Shown piece by piece: positions 18,553 to 28,587 of a stretch of DNA of 45,911 nt. The notes under the pieces are model-generated. The model ran no database searches and was not told where the DNA came from. It worked only from the letters and a program-made list of their open reading frames with translations. The stretch is from the IMG/VR virus record IMGVR_UViG_3300037760_000067, positions 1 through 45,911 of that record; one strand, 5' to 3'. Each line of letters starts with the position of its first letter. Within the stretch, counting starts at the first letter, position 1. A program made the position numbers and the translations under genes. This stretch comes from a virus (Duplodnaviria; Caudoviricetes).

Positions 18553-21500
18553 TAGGCTATCCTCCGGCGGCATTTGAGCGCCACCATAACGAGTTTGCAC
18601 GTCGTCAGCGATTGTAACTGGAAGTCGAGCAGGTCGTCGGCGTCAAGCTCCAACCCGGACGCGCCGTCCGCGGTCCACGTCGTGAGCGCCAGATCCTGCG
18701 CCACGATCTGCGCAGCGAGCGTCGGCAGTTCCGTCCCGGCGATCGAGACGAAGCCCGTCGAGCCGATCGTCGCTACCGTCGCACGCCTGACATCGACCTC
18801 AGCCGCGCCCGACGCGTCCGCCCAGATCGTCCAGCCTAACACGTCGAGATCGAACGGGAGCATGCAGCCCGCGCGCGCATTGATGTTTGGTTGCGCCACG
18901 CCGTCCCCGAACTGCGCCAGCGCAACGATCGTACGGCCCGCGTCCGAGACGTAGAACGTGACTTGCCCCGGCGTCGCGAAGTCCGCCGCGACATCGCCAT
19001 CGACCACCACGCGTGCGTTCGGGAACGCGGACGACACCGCACGCGTAAGCACTTCCGCGTCCGTCGGCGCGCCCGGTGAGCTCACGGACCACGGATCGAC
19101 CGTCACGGTCGACGTGTACGCCGAGGCGATGCTCCCTGCGCGCACGTGCCGCGCGCGTAGCGCACGGCGCAGTCCGTCGTTCGCGGCGTTCGCTTGGAAC
19201 CGCGTGACGGAACCGCTCACGCTGTCGATCGTTCCGGCGAGCGTGAAGCTGCCATAGGTGCCCGATCCGATCGCCGTTTCCGTGGCGACGTCGAACTCCA
19301 CTTTTGACGGCAGTACCGACGCGATGACATCCATGCCGAACGTGCCATCGACCACGCGCACACCGGCCGCATCCACGCGACCGGCCCACGCGACGGGCGA
19401 CGTCGGCGCGGTGAGCGTCGGCGCCGTGCCGCTCGGATTCAAGTTGACGGTGACGATCGCACCCAGGCCGAAGAGCGGCGCACCCTCCCGGTAGCGCACG
19501 CCGGCCACGTAGGCGACGCCAGTCGTCAGGCCCGTGATCCGGAACTGTGTCGAGCCGGGCGGGAGGAGAAAGAACGGCAACCGCCGCGTCGCCGCCGAAA
19601 AGTCCGGCTCGCTCGCCAGGCGTAGCAGGATCTCCACCGTGACATCGGTTTCCGTATTGGTCCAGCTCAGATCGTAGCTTTGCGCATCGACCGCGACCGC
19701 CGCGAGCCCCGTCGGCGCCGCCAGCCCGGTGAGCGTGACGGACTGCCAACCGCTCCATGCGCCGGGCACCTGGCTCGCCAGCTCGACCCGCATCCGCGCC
19801 GAGACGATCGTACCAGCCGCGGATTGCGGTGTCGAGACGGTCGTCTCCCCCGCATCGATGTCGAGCAACGCGAGCAAGGTCCCGCTCGTAATGCTGGCAC
19901 CGACCGCCCATTCCACGCGCACGATCGCACCGGCGGGGAGTGATCCGGCGTTGGTGACGGCCAGGTCCGCGACGTGGCGCGGGTCCAGGCTCGAGGCGAC
20001 GATCGTAAACGTCGGGACCGTGGCCGGCTGGAGGTTCACGCCGAGCGCGATGATTTTCGCGTCGATCCCGTCCGGAAACACCGTCGCTTGCGTCACCTGG
20101 ACGATTTTCTGCCCGCCCCGCACGTTCCCGCTGGGCACGTAATCCAGGTCCAGCATGAGCACGTCGCCGATCTGCACATGCTCGCCGCGCAGCAGCTCGA
20201 GGATCCCCTCATCGGCCCCGCGCCCGTACCGGGCGAACATATCGCGTCCTAACGTCGTGACCCAGGCGTCGAACTTGGCGCCCTGGATCGGATCGCCGCT
20301 CTGCGTGATGAGCTGCCCCGGACTCCGGGTCTCGATGCGGCCCTCGAGCTGGTACTCGACGGGATGCTCACCGTGGACCGCAGTCTCGCCGTTGTCCGTG
20401 GTCACCGATTCGGCGATCACCTTCACGTTGTCGAACGGCCGTTCACCCGCGTCCGAGTCGATCCAGGCGTCGAAGAGCTGATGGCGGACCGTCACGACAT
20501 TGACGATCGTTGATTCCTCGAGCGCGAACGGCTCGCCCTCGCCGCGCAGACACGCCTTGCTAATCGTCGTCGTCGGCGCCGTCAGGCCCGCGCGCGTCGG
20601 CAGAAACTCATACTCGCCATCGGTGCCGAACCGCGTGGTAAACCCGTACAGCCCGCCGAGCATATCCGTGAACGCGGCGACGCTCATGCTTCGGGTCAGG
20701 CGCAGCGAGACGAACGCATCGTCACCGATGGCGGACTTCGTGAGCGCGTGCGCCGCGGCATCGTACGTGATGCCGGCCAGCGTAAACGCTTGCGCGACCA
20801 GATCGACTGGATGCCCGGTCAGGTGGAGGGGATTCCGCTCGTCGATGTCGATCGGGTTGATCCAGACGAACACCTCATCGCCCGGCGTCGGCTGGCTCAC
20901 CGTCCAGTCGAGATACATCCGGCGATGCACGTCCAGCATCCCCACCGTCGGGAGGATGCTCCCGACCGCGTGGTCAACGACCATGAACGGGGTGAACGAG
21001 CCCAGCGTCGTGCCGTCGGCTTGCTCGACGTGCGCCGTTAGGCGCGGATAGCTACCGACCAGCCCATCGAAGTTGCTCGGATCGGTCCGCACGCCGTACG
21101 CGTTCGCGCTTTCGTTCACGTAGAGCCGGATCGGGTCAGCGAGCTGGCCGAACGTATGGCCGAACAGTCCGGTACCCGTGCCAACCGGCCGCGACTGTTG
21201 CGGGTCGTAGGTCCAGCCCTCGAGGAACTCGAGCTCGACGAACGTCGCCTGCACGTCCGTCACCGAAAATTTCCACCCGCCGAAGTCCGGCATCGGACCG
21301 AACCCGCCCCGGATCGGCGTGCCGATGATGTTGCTCACGCGGTCGAACGGGGATTCCACCTGCACGAACAGTTTCCGCTCTTTCTCGGCCCGCCGCGCTT
21401 CGCCGATCGTGAACTCGTACGTGAGCGCGTTGCCGAGCGCACAGCGGTTGACGTAGCCGGCAACGAGTACGGTCCAGCTCCCGCCGTCGTCGTCAGATTC

Positions 21501-21965
21501 CTCGATGAACGCGCGGCGCGACAGCAATTGATACCGGCCGCTGGCATCGGCCAGGACTTCCGTGACGACACGATCGGTGCCCGTGGTGATGGCGTCGATC
21601 ACCTGGCAGGTATAGGCGCCGATGTCGGAGTGCCCGGTCAGCGGATCGAACGCTTGCCCATCGCCGTCAGGCGCTTTCAGGATGTAGGGGTTCGGCCCGC
21701 CGGCCAGCGACGTAATGACCAGCTCGTCGGCGTCGTCGGCGGCGTTGCGGACGCGGAGCCGGTAGCCGAGGGTGCCGGACGCGACGGCGCAGGTCCCGGC
21801 AGCCCCAGGCGGCGGCGCCTCGGTCAGGACCTCGATGCCGGACTGGGTAACACGCATCGCGCTGCCGCCTTGGAGCGCGGCCTCGATGCCGGACTGGGTC
21901 TCACGGACGGTCGCGCCGCCTTGGACCGCGGCCTCAGCGCCGGACTGAGTGTTCCGGACCGGCAT
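18552..21965 (-). CDS. Large tail tip/hub protein with fibronectin type III-like domain
   Basis: 1137 aa two genes after tape measure; LAAPTGLAAV..LSWT..ITGLTTGVAY FN3 pattern. Confidence 0.75.
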   Translation of the reverse strand: MPVRNTQSGAEAAVQGGATVRETQSGIEAALQGGSAMRVTQSGIEVLTEAPPPGAAGTCAVASGTLGYRLRVRNAADDADELVITSLAGGPNPYILKAPDGDGQAFDPLTGHSDIGAYTCQVIDAITTGTDRVVTEVLADASGRYQLLSRRAFIEESDDDGGSWTVLVAGYVNRCALGNALTYEFTIGEARRAEKERKLFVQVESPFDRVSNIIGTPIRGGFGPMPDFGGWKFSVTDVQATFVELEFLEGWTYDPQQSRPVGTGTGLFGHTFGQLADPIRLYVNESANAYGVRTDPSNFDGLVGSYPRLTAHVEQADGTTLGSFTPFMVVDHAVGSILPTVGMLDVHRRMYLDWTVSQPTPGDEVFVWINPIDIDERNPLHLTGHPVDLVAQAFTLAGITYDAAAHALTKSAIGDDAFVSLRLTRSMSVAAFTDMLGGLYGFTTRFGTDGEYEFLPTRAGLTAPTTTISKACLRGEGEPFALEESTIVNVVTVRHQLFDAWIDSDAGERPFDNVKVIAESVTTDNGETAVHGEHPVEYQLEGRIETRSPGQLITQSGDPIQGAKFDAWVTTLGRDMFARYGRGADEGILELLRGEHVQIGDVLMLDLDYVPSGNVRGGQKIVQVTQATVFPDGIDAKIIALGVNLQPATVPTFTIVASSLDPRHVADLAVTNAGSLPAGAIVRVEWAVGASITSGTLLALLDIDAGETTVSTPQSAAGTIVSARMRVELASQVPGAWSGWQSVTLTGLAAPTGLAAVAVDAQSYDLSWTNTETDVTVEILLRLASEPDFSAATRRLPFFLLPPGSTQFRITGLTTGVAYVAGVRYREGAPLFGLGAIVTVNLNPSGTAPTLTAPTSPVAWAGRVDAAGVRVVDGTFGMDVIASVLPSKVEFDVATETAIGSGTYGSFTLAGTIDSVSGSVTRFQANAANDGLRRALRARHVRAGSIASAYTSTVTVDPWSVSSPGAPTDAEVLTRAVSSAFPNARVVVDGDVAADFATPGQVTFYVSDAGRTIVALAQFGDGVAQPNINARAGCMLPFDLDVLGWTIWADASGAAEVDVRRATVATIGSTGFVSIAGTELPTLAAQIVAQDLALTTWTADGASGLELDADDLLDFQLQSLTTCKLVMVALKCRRRIA

Positions 21966-21968
21966 CGG

Positions 21969-22403
21969 CTACGGGTAGACGCAGAGCATTTGCGCCGCGC
22001 CGAGATTGATGAGGCTCAGCGACAGCGTGTACTCGATCGTCTTCGGGTCGCTCATGCTGAGCGCGCCGCCGAGATCCGCGTCAGGTGCCAGCCCGCACGT
22101 CGTGTACGTCCGCGCGCTCGCGTCGCCGGTGTTGACGGTGCACGTGCCCCCGTTCTCGAGGTGGGCGATCAGCCGCATGGCGACGTCGAGCGAGGAATTG
22201 GGGATGTGCCGCAGCTCGAACCGCGCGCCGTAGTCGGTGCGATGCGTCCAGCGGTAGAGCTGGCCGGTGGCGAGCGAGTTGGCTTTGGGACCGACCGGCA
22301 TCTGCCACGGCGTCCAGCTACCGAACCGGTCAGGCCCGTCGGCTTTGCTATTGGAGAGCGTGGCCGAGCCGATGGAGTCGGTGAAGTCGATCGAGGTGGC
22401 CAT
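21969..22403 (-). CDS. Distal tail protein-like
   Basis: 144 aa immediately after tape measure (positional call). Confidence 0.55.
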   Translation of the reverse strand: MATSIDFTDSIGSATLSNSKADGPDRFGSWTPWQMPVGPKANSLATGQLYRWTHRTDYGARFELRHIPNSSLDVAMRLIAHLENGGTCTVNTGDASARTYTTCGLAPDADLGGALSMSDPKTIEYTLSLSLINLGAAQMLCVYP

Positions 22404-25291
22404 TATCGACGCCTCCCGATGCCACGCGCGCCCGCGTTGTCCACGATGTTCATGATCGCCCGCTGTGCGCGCGGATCGTTCTCCCCGATCACCGTGAAGT
22501 TGAATGTTTGATGCGGCTGCGGCGTCGGCGCATTGCCCTGTATCCCATTTGGGATGGTGCGCGAGATGCCGCGCTCGCGTTCGTCGCGGGTGAAGCCCGC
22601 CGAGCCTGCGGGGACTCCCCTGCCATCCGTCACGGCGAAGCCAGAGCCTCGAGAGCCCCCGCCCGCGATACTCCCGCCGACCCCTTGCAGCACGCCACCA
22701 AACGCAATGAGCCCTAACGCAGCGATGATCCCGGCGCCTGGCAGGAACGCGATAATCGAGGCTTTGATTTTTTCCATGAACGCGAGTCCCAGTAGCATGT
22801 TCTTGCCGATCGTGATGAACATGCCGCCGACGGCAGACAGGAATCCGCCGGTGATCGCTTTGAACCCGTCGCCGATGTTGCCTTGCGAGAACGCGGCGAA
22901 GCCTTGGCTGATGCCCGTCGTGATGGCATCGGTGAGCGATCCTGCGATCGTCTGCTCCAACTCCGCCGCGCCGCGCTCGAACGCCGACGCCGTGCGCTCC
23001 ATGAACTCGTCGATCGACTGCTCAGGGAGCACGCCAAGCAAGAACTCCTCATCGACCCCAGCACGCTCGGCACGGATGTTTACAAGCGTACCCGGCGCCA
23101 ATGCGAGCCCGGACTCGCGCAGTGCGGCGATCTGCTTCTCCAGCTCCACCCGCTGCGCGCGCGTGTTGTTGCCGTCCGCCAACTCGCCGGTCAGGGTGCG
23201 CTCGAGCTCCAGCGCGCGCGCGATGTCGTCGCGGTTGAGCGCGCTCAGCGCAGCCAAGCTCGTCAACGCCGACACTTCATCGCCCAGCGCTTTGATCCGG
23301 TCGTCGCGTGTCTGCTTGCCCTTCGGGTCGTCCTCGCCCGTACCGCCCGCTGACGCTGGGACTGCACGCAGGATTTCGATCTTCTGGCGAAGCAGCTTAA
23401 TCTCGGCGGTGAGCGCACGCTGGCGTGCCATGTCCGCGGCGGGGTCACCACGGTCCTCGAGATGCGCCGTCTCCGACGTGCCCGGCCCGCGTGACGCGAG
23501 CCGCGCTTTCACCGCAGCCATTTCGGCATCGGCGAGCGCGAGTTGCGCAGCCAGGTCGATCATCTGGAACTTGCGCATCTCGTCGGAGAGCAGCCCCGCC
23601 TCGTCGCGGAACTTCGCCATCTCCATCCGCGCATCGAGCCAGCGTTTCGTCAGCAGGAACACGATCCCGCCGAGCGCGATCAGGCCCGCGGTCAGGACAG
23701 GGTTGACCAGCATCGACGCCCAGAGCGCAGCCCACCGGATCGCCATCAGCCCGCGCGCGGCGAACACGATCGCCGTCACCCCGCCCGCGACCGCGAGCAA
23801 CGCCGTCACGAACGTCGCGTGCTTCCCGATGAACGCCGTCGTGCCCGTCAGCAGCTCGAGGAAAAACCGCCGCACCGGGTCGATCGCCTTCCCGAACGCT
23901 TCCGCCGACTTCGTGACTTCCGTCGCCTGCTGCGCCGAGAGCCCCGCCGTGGTCTGGAGCCACTTCTGGAACTGACCCTGGACCTTGCCGCCATCCTCGA
24001 TCGCGGCGTTCAGGATCGCCTGCGCTTTCTGCTGGTCGGTGAGCTTGCCGACCGAGACCCCGATCGCGTCCGCGTAGCGCTTGTAGAGCACGCTGGGGTT
24101 GGCGTTGAACAGCTTGTCGGTGCCCTCGTCGATGCCGAGGATGGCCTGCCGGACGGCGAGCAGCGTCTTTTCCGCGTCCAACCCGCGTGCGGCGCCGAGA
24201 TCGAGGAACGCGCGGAGCGCTGGCGTGGCTTGGCTGATGTCGCCCGCCTTTGCGGCCAGCTTCGCCATCTCGATCGAGAGGTTGTTCGCCTGCGACGCCG
24301 ACAGGTTGAACTCCTTCTGCCCCACGCCCGCGGTCGCGACCAACCCCTCCAGCGCCGTGCCGGTGATCTTGGCCGTAGCACGCAGCCGTTCCTGGCTATT
24401 CCGCAACTCGTCGGTGGCGTCGGTGATGGCGCTGTAGCCCCGGACCAACGCTGTGATGCTGAGCAACGCCCCGAGCCCACCGACGATCCCCAGCCCGCTG
24501 CCCGTGGCCGCCACCTGACGACCGGCCAGCGCCGCGCGGGTACGCGAGAGCTCCCGCTCGAGCCGGATGCGCTGCGCGAACGTCGTGTTGCCGAATTGCA
24601 ACGTGCGCGTGAGTTGCGCTTCCGCCGCCGTCAACCGAATGATCGCTACCGAACGGGTACCCGCCATGCCGAGTTGCGTCGACAGCAGCGCGATGCGCCG
24701 ACTGATCGCATCGATTCCCGTGGATGCGGTGATCGCGGCTGACCGGATCGCGCGCGCGGCGCTCCCGATCCCCGTCGCGGCGGTCGTACTGGCCCGAGCT
24801 GCGCCGCCCATTGCACCAGCCGCTGCCGTCGCGCCTTTGGCTGCTGTTGCACCCGCAGCCCCGACGCCACCCAGCGCCGCCGCTGCCGCCGTGCCTGCCG
24901 TCCCGAGCGCACCCATCGCGCCCGCAGCCTGGGCGGTCGCTTGGGTCGTCTGCTGCGTGATCCCGAGCGAGCGCGCGTGCAGCGCTGTCCATTTCCCGAC
25001 GACGCTCGAGGACGCGCCCACCGACCGAGCGTACTCGACCTGCTGGCCGATCAGGTTCTGGAGCTGCGGCGACACCCCACCCTGTACCGCGCTCATCTCT
25101 GTGACCGCGCGGCTCAGCTCTTTGTACCGCTGGCTCAGCAGTCGGAGCGACGAGACGGGCGCGCCAGCGGCGGCCTTGGCGGTCGCGGCCGCTTTGGCAC
25201 CGGCGGCATCGATCGCCCGAAACGCGCCGAACACCTGGTCGGCGCCCAGCGCGCGGAATACGACATCGAGTGCGCCTAACTCAGTCGCCAC
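22403..25291 (-). CDS. Tape measure protein
   Basis: 962 aa, Ala/Gly-rich helical with hydrophobic segments; YADAIG..LTDQQKAQAILNA motif; follows the chaperones. Confidence 0.88.
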   Translation of the reverse strand: MATELGALDVVFRALGADQVFGAFRAIDAAGAKAAATAKAAAGAPVSSLRLLSQRYKELSRAVTEMSAVQGGVSPQLQNLIGQQVEYARSVGASSSVVGKWTALHARSLGITQQTTQATAQAAGAMGALGTAGTAAAAALGGVGAAGATAAKGATAAAGAMGGAARASTTAATGIGSAARAIRSAAITASTGIDAISRRIALLSTQLGMAGTRSVAIIRLTAAEAQLTRTLQFGNTTFAQRIRLERELSRTRAALAGRQVAATGSGLGIVGGLGALLSITALVRGYSAITDATDELRNSQERLRATAKITGTALEGLVATAGVGQKEFNLSASQANNLSIEMAKLAAKAGDISQATPALRAFLDLGAARGLDAEKTLLAVRQAILGIDEGTDKLFNANPSVLYKRYADAIGVSVGKLTDQQKAQAILNAAIEDGGKVQGQFQKWLQTTAGLSAQQATEVTKSAEAFGKAIDPVRRFFLELLTGTTAFIGKHATFVTALLAVAGGVTAIVFAARGLMAIRWAALWASMLVNPVLTAGLIALGGIVFLLTKRWLDARMEMAKFRDEAGLLSDEMRKFQMIDLAAQLALADAEMAAVKARLASRGPGTSETAHLEDRGDPAADMARQRALTAEIKLLRQKIEILRAVPASAGGTGEDDPKGKQTRDDRIKALGDEVSALTSLAALSALNRDDIARALELERTLTGELADGNNTRAQRVELEKQIAALRESGLALAPGTLVNIRAERAGVDEEFLLGVLPEQSIDEFMERTASAFERGAAELEQTIAGSLTDAITTGISQGFAAFSQGNIGDGFKAITGGFLSAVGGMFITIGKNMLLGLAFMEKIKASIIAFLPGAGIIAALGLIAFGGVLQGVGGSIAGGGSRGSGFAVTDGRGVPAGSAGFTRDERERGISRTIPNGIQGNAPTPQPHQTFNFTVIGENDPRAQRAIMNIVDNAGARGIGRRR

Positions 25292-25990
25292 GAATCACCC
25301 GTTTGGCCTGGTACTTGTTGACCTCGTCGATGATCTGCTGCACGCGGTCGGTGGACACGCCGCCGAAGATCGCCGACCGGACCCGCTGCTCATCGACCCA
25401 GAGTTGTTTCGGATCGTTGAACGCCCGCGCCGTGTTCTGTGCCTCACGAACGGTGGCCAGTTCCTTGAGCGGTGCGTCCAACCGTTCCGCATCACAGATC
25501 GCCATGTAGGCGTAGAGCACCCACGCGAACGAGCCGTGGGCCAGGGATTCGATGCTCTGATGGTGGACCTCGGCTACCCGTTGGAGCGTGTACTCGATCT
25601 CGTCGTGCGGCGTGAGGATGATGGTTTGGGAACTCGCGTCGCCGCTTTTGGCGAGTTCCGTCCTTGTTCCAGGACGGTTTCGACAGCTTCGACGTGCCCC
25701 ATACTGATCGCCACGACCGACTCCATCATCGGGATGGTGAGCGAGGCGTATTCTTCCTCGGTCGCGTCAGGCAACAGCGCCCGCGTCGCCGTGCAGAGAT
25801 CATCGTAATGGTGCTCCTCCTCCTGCACGCTGCCCGCGATCAGCCGTTGGACTTCCCGCCAGAACTGCACGACGAACGCGGGCGCGGCCCGCACATCGGC
25901 CTCACGCCCATTCGGCAGTTCCACCGTACCCGCCGGCCCGCTGATCTCAACGAGCCGGACGGCGGTCCGCTTCCCGTTCCCGGTGCTCAT
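25281..25990 (-). CDS. Tail assembly chaperone pair (G 25574-25990; GT by probable -1 frameshift to 25281)
   Basis: Between major tail and tape measure genes; the -1 frame is open from CCA AAA G to the stop at 25281. Confidence 0.65.
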
Positions 25991-26544
25991 CAGCTGGTGA
26001 CGTCGGAGCCGGTCATCTCGATGTAGTACGGGATCAGATCGTCACCCTGCACCGAGGTGCGGACGCCCATGAGCGTGATCGCGACGCCGGACTCGTTCTT
26101 GTCCTGTCCCGTGTGCTCGTACGTGGTGCAGATCGCCCGCGGGAGCACGTAGGCATACGTGCCGCCGTTCGCGCGCTGGTAGACCAGCCGCGCATAGGCG
26201 ACATGGTCCGCGTCGGCGAAGATCAGGCGTGCGCTCTTCGGGGTGAACCGCTTGGTCGCGGCCTGAAACGTGTCGGTGACGCCGGGCTCCAGCACGCCTA
26301 CCATGTTCTCGCTCAGCTCGATGAACGTGCCGGTGATCTGCGGGCTCGTTCCCACCATGCGCGTGGTGCCGATCCCTGGACTCGTCAGGCCGTCGTATTC
26401 GATCGTCCGGAACTCGCGGCCGGGGCTGAACGTCAGCCCACCGCGTGAGGCTCCGATCGGGGTGGACGTGCCGCCGATGTCCACGTAGAGCACCGCAGTG
26501 TCGTAGAGGACGTCGTTGGCCAGATCCTGTGCGCCGCTAGGCAT
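25990..26544 (-). CDS. Major tail tube protein
   Basis: IGASRGGLTF..FRTIEYDG..DKNESGVAIT pattern; position. Confidence 0.8.
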   Translation of the reverse strand: MPSGAQDLANDVLYDTAVLYVDIGGTSTPIGASRGGLTFSPGREFRTIEYDGLTSPGIGTTRMVGTSPQITGTFIELSENMVGVLEPGVTDTFQAATKRFTPKSARLIFADADHVAYARLVYQRANGGTYAYVLPRAICTTYEHTGQDKNESGVAITLMGVRTSVQGDDLIPYYIEMTGSDVTS

Positions 26545-26569
26545 GGTCCGTTTCTCCTAATCCGAGGGG

Positions 26570-27040
26570 TTACGTCGCGCTGTGCTGCAGGAGGAAGTGC
26601 GGCCATACCACCAACGAGATGAGATGCCGCTCTCCGCTCACCTCGCTATCGGCCGGCGCTGACGCTGGCGGCAAGGGCTGCCGCAGCCGCGTCCGGGTAA
26701 AGATCAGTCCGTCGCCACTGTCGTTATGCCGCCAGCGCAGGAACGCCTGCTCGATCAGATCGCCGACGGCCTTGACTCTGAGCCGCTGCGCGTCCGTGCG
26801 GCCGTAGACCTGGATCTCCAGTTCCGCCTGGATGCGCTCTTCCGACATGTCAGGGTCCTGGAACGTCGGCAGGTAGCGCATGACCGCGTGCGGGAACGTC
26901 ACCGTCGCGGGCGGCGCGTCGATGTAGAGCCGCGTGCCGATGTAGTCGCCGACAACGGCGCCCAACGGGTCCGCGAACGCGAGCACGCGCGCGCGGATCG
27001 CGTCCTCGATGGCGGCGGTGGAGACGGTCGTCGTCGCCAT
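26570..27040 (-). CDS. Tail terminator/completion protein
   Basis: LYIDAPP..FPH..EIQVYG; directly before the tail tube gene. Confidence 0.65.
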   Translation of the reverse strand: MATTTVSTAAIEDAIRARVLAFADPLGAVVGDYIGTRLYIDAPPATVTFPHAVMRYLPTFQDPDMSEERIQAELEIQVYGRTDAQRLRVKAVGDLIEQAFLRWRHNDSGDGLIFTRTRLRQPLPPASAPADSEVSGERHLISLVVWPHFLLQHSAT

Positions 27041-27447
27041 TAGTCCGCGGCCTCGAAGTCGAAGGCGGCGCCATCGCCGAAGATGCGGGCGAACACGCGC
27101 GCGAACGCGGCGCGCTGCGCGGCGGCCGTCTCGCTCATCTTCGGAAACCAGATCTCCACCCGCTCGTAGCGACGCGAGAAGATGTTGTAGTGGCCTAACT
27201 CCCAGAACACGGCGTACATGACGTTGGTGCCGACACGGATCGCGCGGGCCAGCCCTTCCCATCGCGGATCGGTCCGGGTCACGGAGTTGAGCAGGTTGCC
27301 GGTGACAAAATCGCCTGACGTGAACCCGCCAGCCAACTCACGCTTGACCGCGTTCTGGTAAACGGTAGCCTGCGCGATGAGCCCGCCATCGGTAGCGTCC
27401 AAGAACCGGCGCCGGACCTCCGTCGAGCGCGAGCGGTAGGTACTCAT
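27040..27447 (-). CDS. HK97 gp10-like neck protein
   Basis: TGNLLNSV..VGTNVMYAVFWELG motif. Confidence 0.75.
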   Translation of the reverse strand: MSTYRSRSTEVRRRFLDATDGGLIAQATVYQNAVKRELAGGFTSGDFVTGNLLNSVTRTDPRWEGLARAIRVGTNVMYAVFWELGHYNIFSRRYERVEIWFPKMSETAAAQRAAFARVFARIFGDGAAFDFEAAD

Positions 27448-28586
27448 GCCCACCCCCGCGCGACGGCTTCGGCGTAGAGATCGGCGTGCCACGACGCGGG
27501 CATGACGCCGCGCGCGATGACGATCAGGTGCCCCGCCTTGAAATTGCGGGACGAGTCGGTATCACCAGCCAGGCGCACAGGGCCGGTCGTCACCAACGGG
27601 CCGTCCGTACCGACCACGGTATCCACGCCAGGGATCGCGACGCCGTCGATCCAGGCGCTCCCACGCGCGCCCCGCGTCGCGGACCAGTCGTAATGCGCGC
27701 CGAAGACGTGGCCGCCCTCCAACTGTCCAACCTGCGGGTCCGCGATCGGCGCCGACGTGTTGCCGTTGATGCGGTCGTAGTCCGTGAATCCGGTCGTGCC
27801 GTTATGCTTAATCTGGAGGACGACGTTGGTCTGATCGGTATTGCCCGGAGAAAACCGGCCAGCGGCCACATAGAAGTTGAGGCCGTTCTCTGTGGGAAAT
27901 GCCGCTTTGCTCACCAGCGACATCGACGCCGGAAACCCGGTAATGAAGTCCGGCATCTCGACCGCAGCCGCCACCGTGAACCCGCTGGGATCGTTCAACA
28001 CGCTCAGCAACGCATCGCCGAAGCTCAGCCCAATGTCCGGCGTCTCCCCGAATACCCAGCGGTCCGGATCGCTCGCATACGTCGGGTCGTTCACCGCGTC
28101 GAGCGGCGTGTCGCCTAACCACCCGTCCGGACCGATCGTGGACCGCACGATCTGCTGCGTCGTGTCCTGGCCGCGCGCCTCGGAGAGCAGCACGATGTTG
28201 CTATTGTCCCGCCAGCCCGCGACGAAGTCGTCCAGTTGGTAGTCCGCCTCGTCCACCCGCTGCCCGTGCACCTGCAACTCGTCCCGGCCCATGTCGCGCG
28301 CCATGACCGCGGTCACCTTGAACAAGTGCCCGGTGCGGCGGTCCTGCACGACGCCGGTCTCGGTCACAGGCGAGCCCGCAGCCAGCCCGATCACCGCGTC
28401 CACTTGGTAGCCCTTGTTCGCGGCGACTTCGACTTCGCGCCCGGACGGTACCACCAATGAGCCCCACCAATCGCCATCGGAGACCGTAGACGCCTGCTTC
28501 ACGAACGTCTGCACGCGGCGGCCTGACGAGCCGGTGTCAGAGTACGAGTACAGGCCCATGCGGCGGTTCCGGTGGCTGATCGGCAT
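27444..28586 (-). CDS. Head-closure (gp16-like) protein fused to a C-terminal LamG/lectin-like domain
   Basis: N-terminal ~110 aa with head-closure size and position; C-terminal FTVAA..LVSK..AWIDG..VRLAG beta-sandwich. Confidence 0.55.
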   Translation of the reverse strand: MPISHRNRRMGLYSYSDTGSSGRRVQTFVKQASTVSDGDWWGSLVVPSGREVEVAANKGYQVDAVIGLAAGSPVTETGVVQDRRTGHLFKVTAVMARDMGRDELQVHGQRVDEADYQLDDFVAGWRDNSNIVLLSEARGQDTTQQIVRSTIGPDGWLGDTPLDAVNDPTYASDPDRWVFGETPDIGLSFGDALLSVLNDPSGFTVAAAVEMPDFITGFPASMSLVSKAAFPTENGLNFYVAAGRFSPGNTDQTNVVLQIKHNGTTGFTDYDRINGNTSAPIADPQVGQLEGGHVFGAHYDWSATRGARGSAWIDGVAIPGVDTVVGTDGPLVTTGPVRLAGDTDSSRNFKAGHLIVIARGVMPASWHADLYAEAVARGWA

Positions 28587-28587
28587 G

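Noticed and set aside
21156-25808. Long plus-strand ORFs opposite the tail genes, and similar ones elsewhere
   Set aside because: Antisense shadow ORFs typical of GC-rich coding DNA; they fully overlap well-supported minus-strand genes
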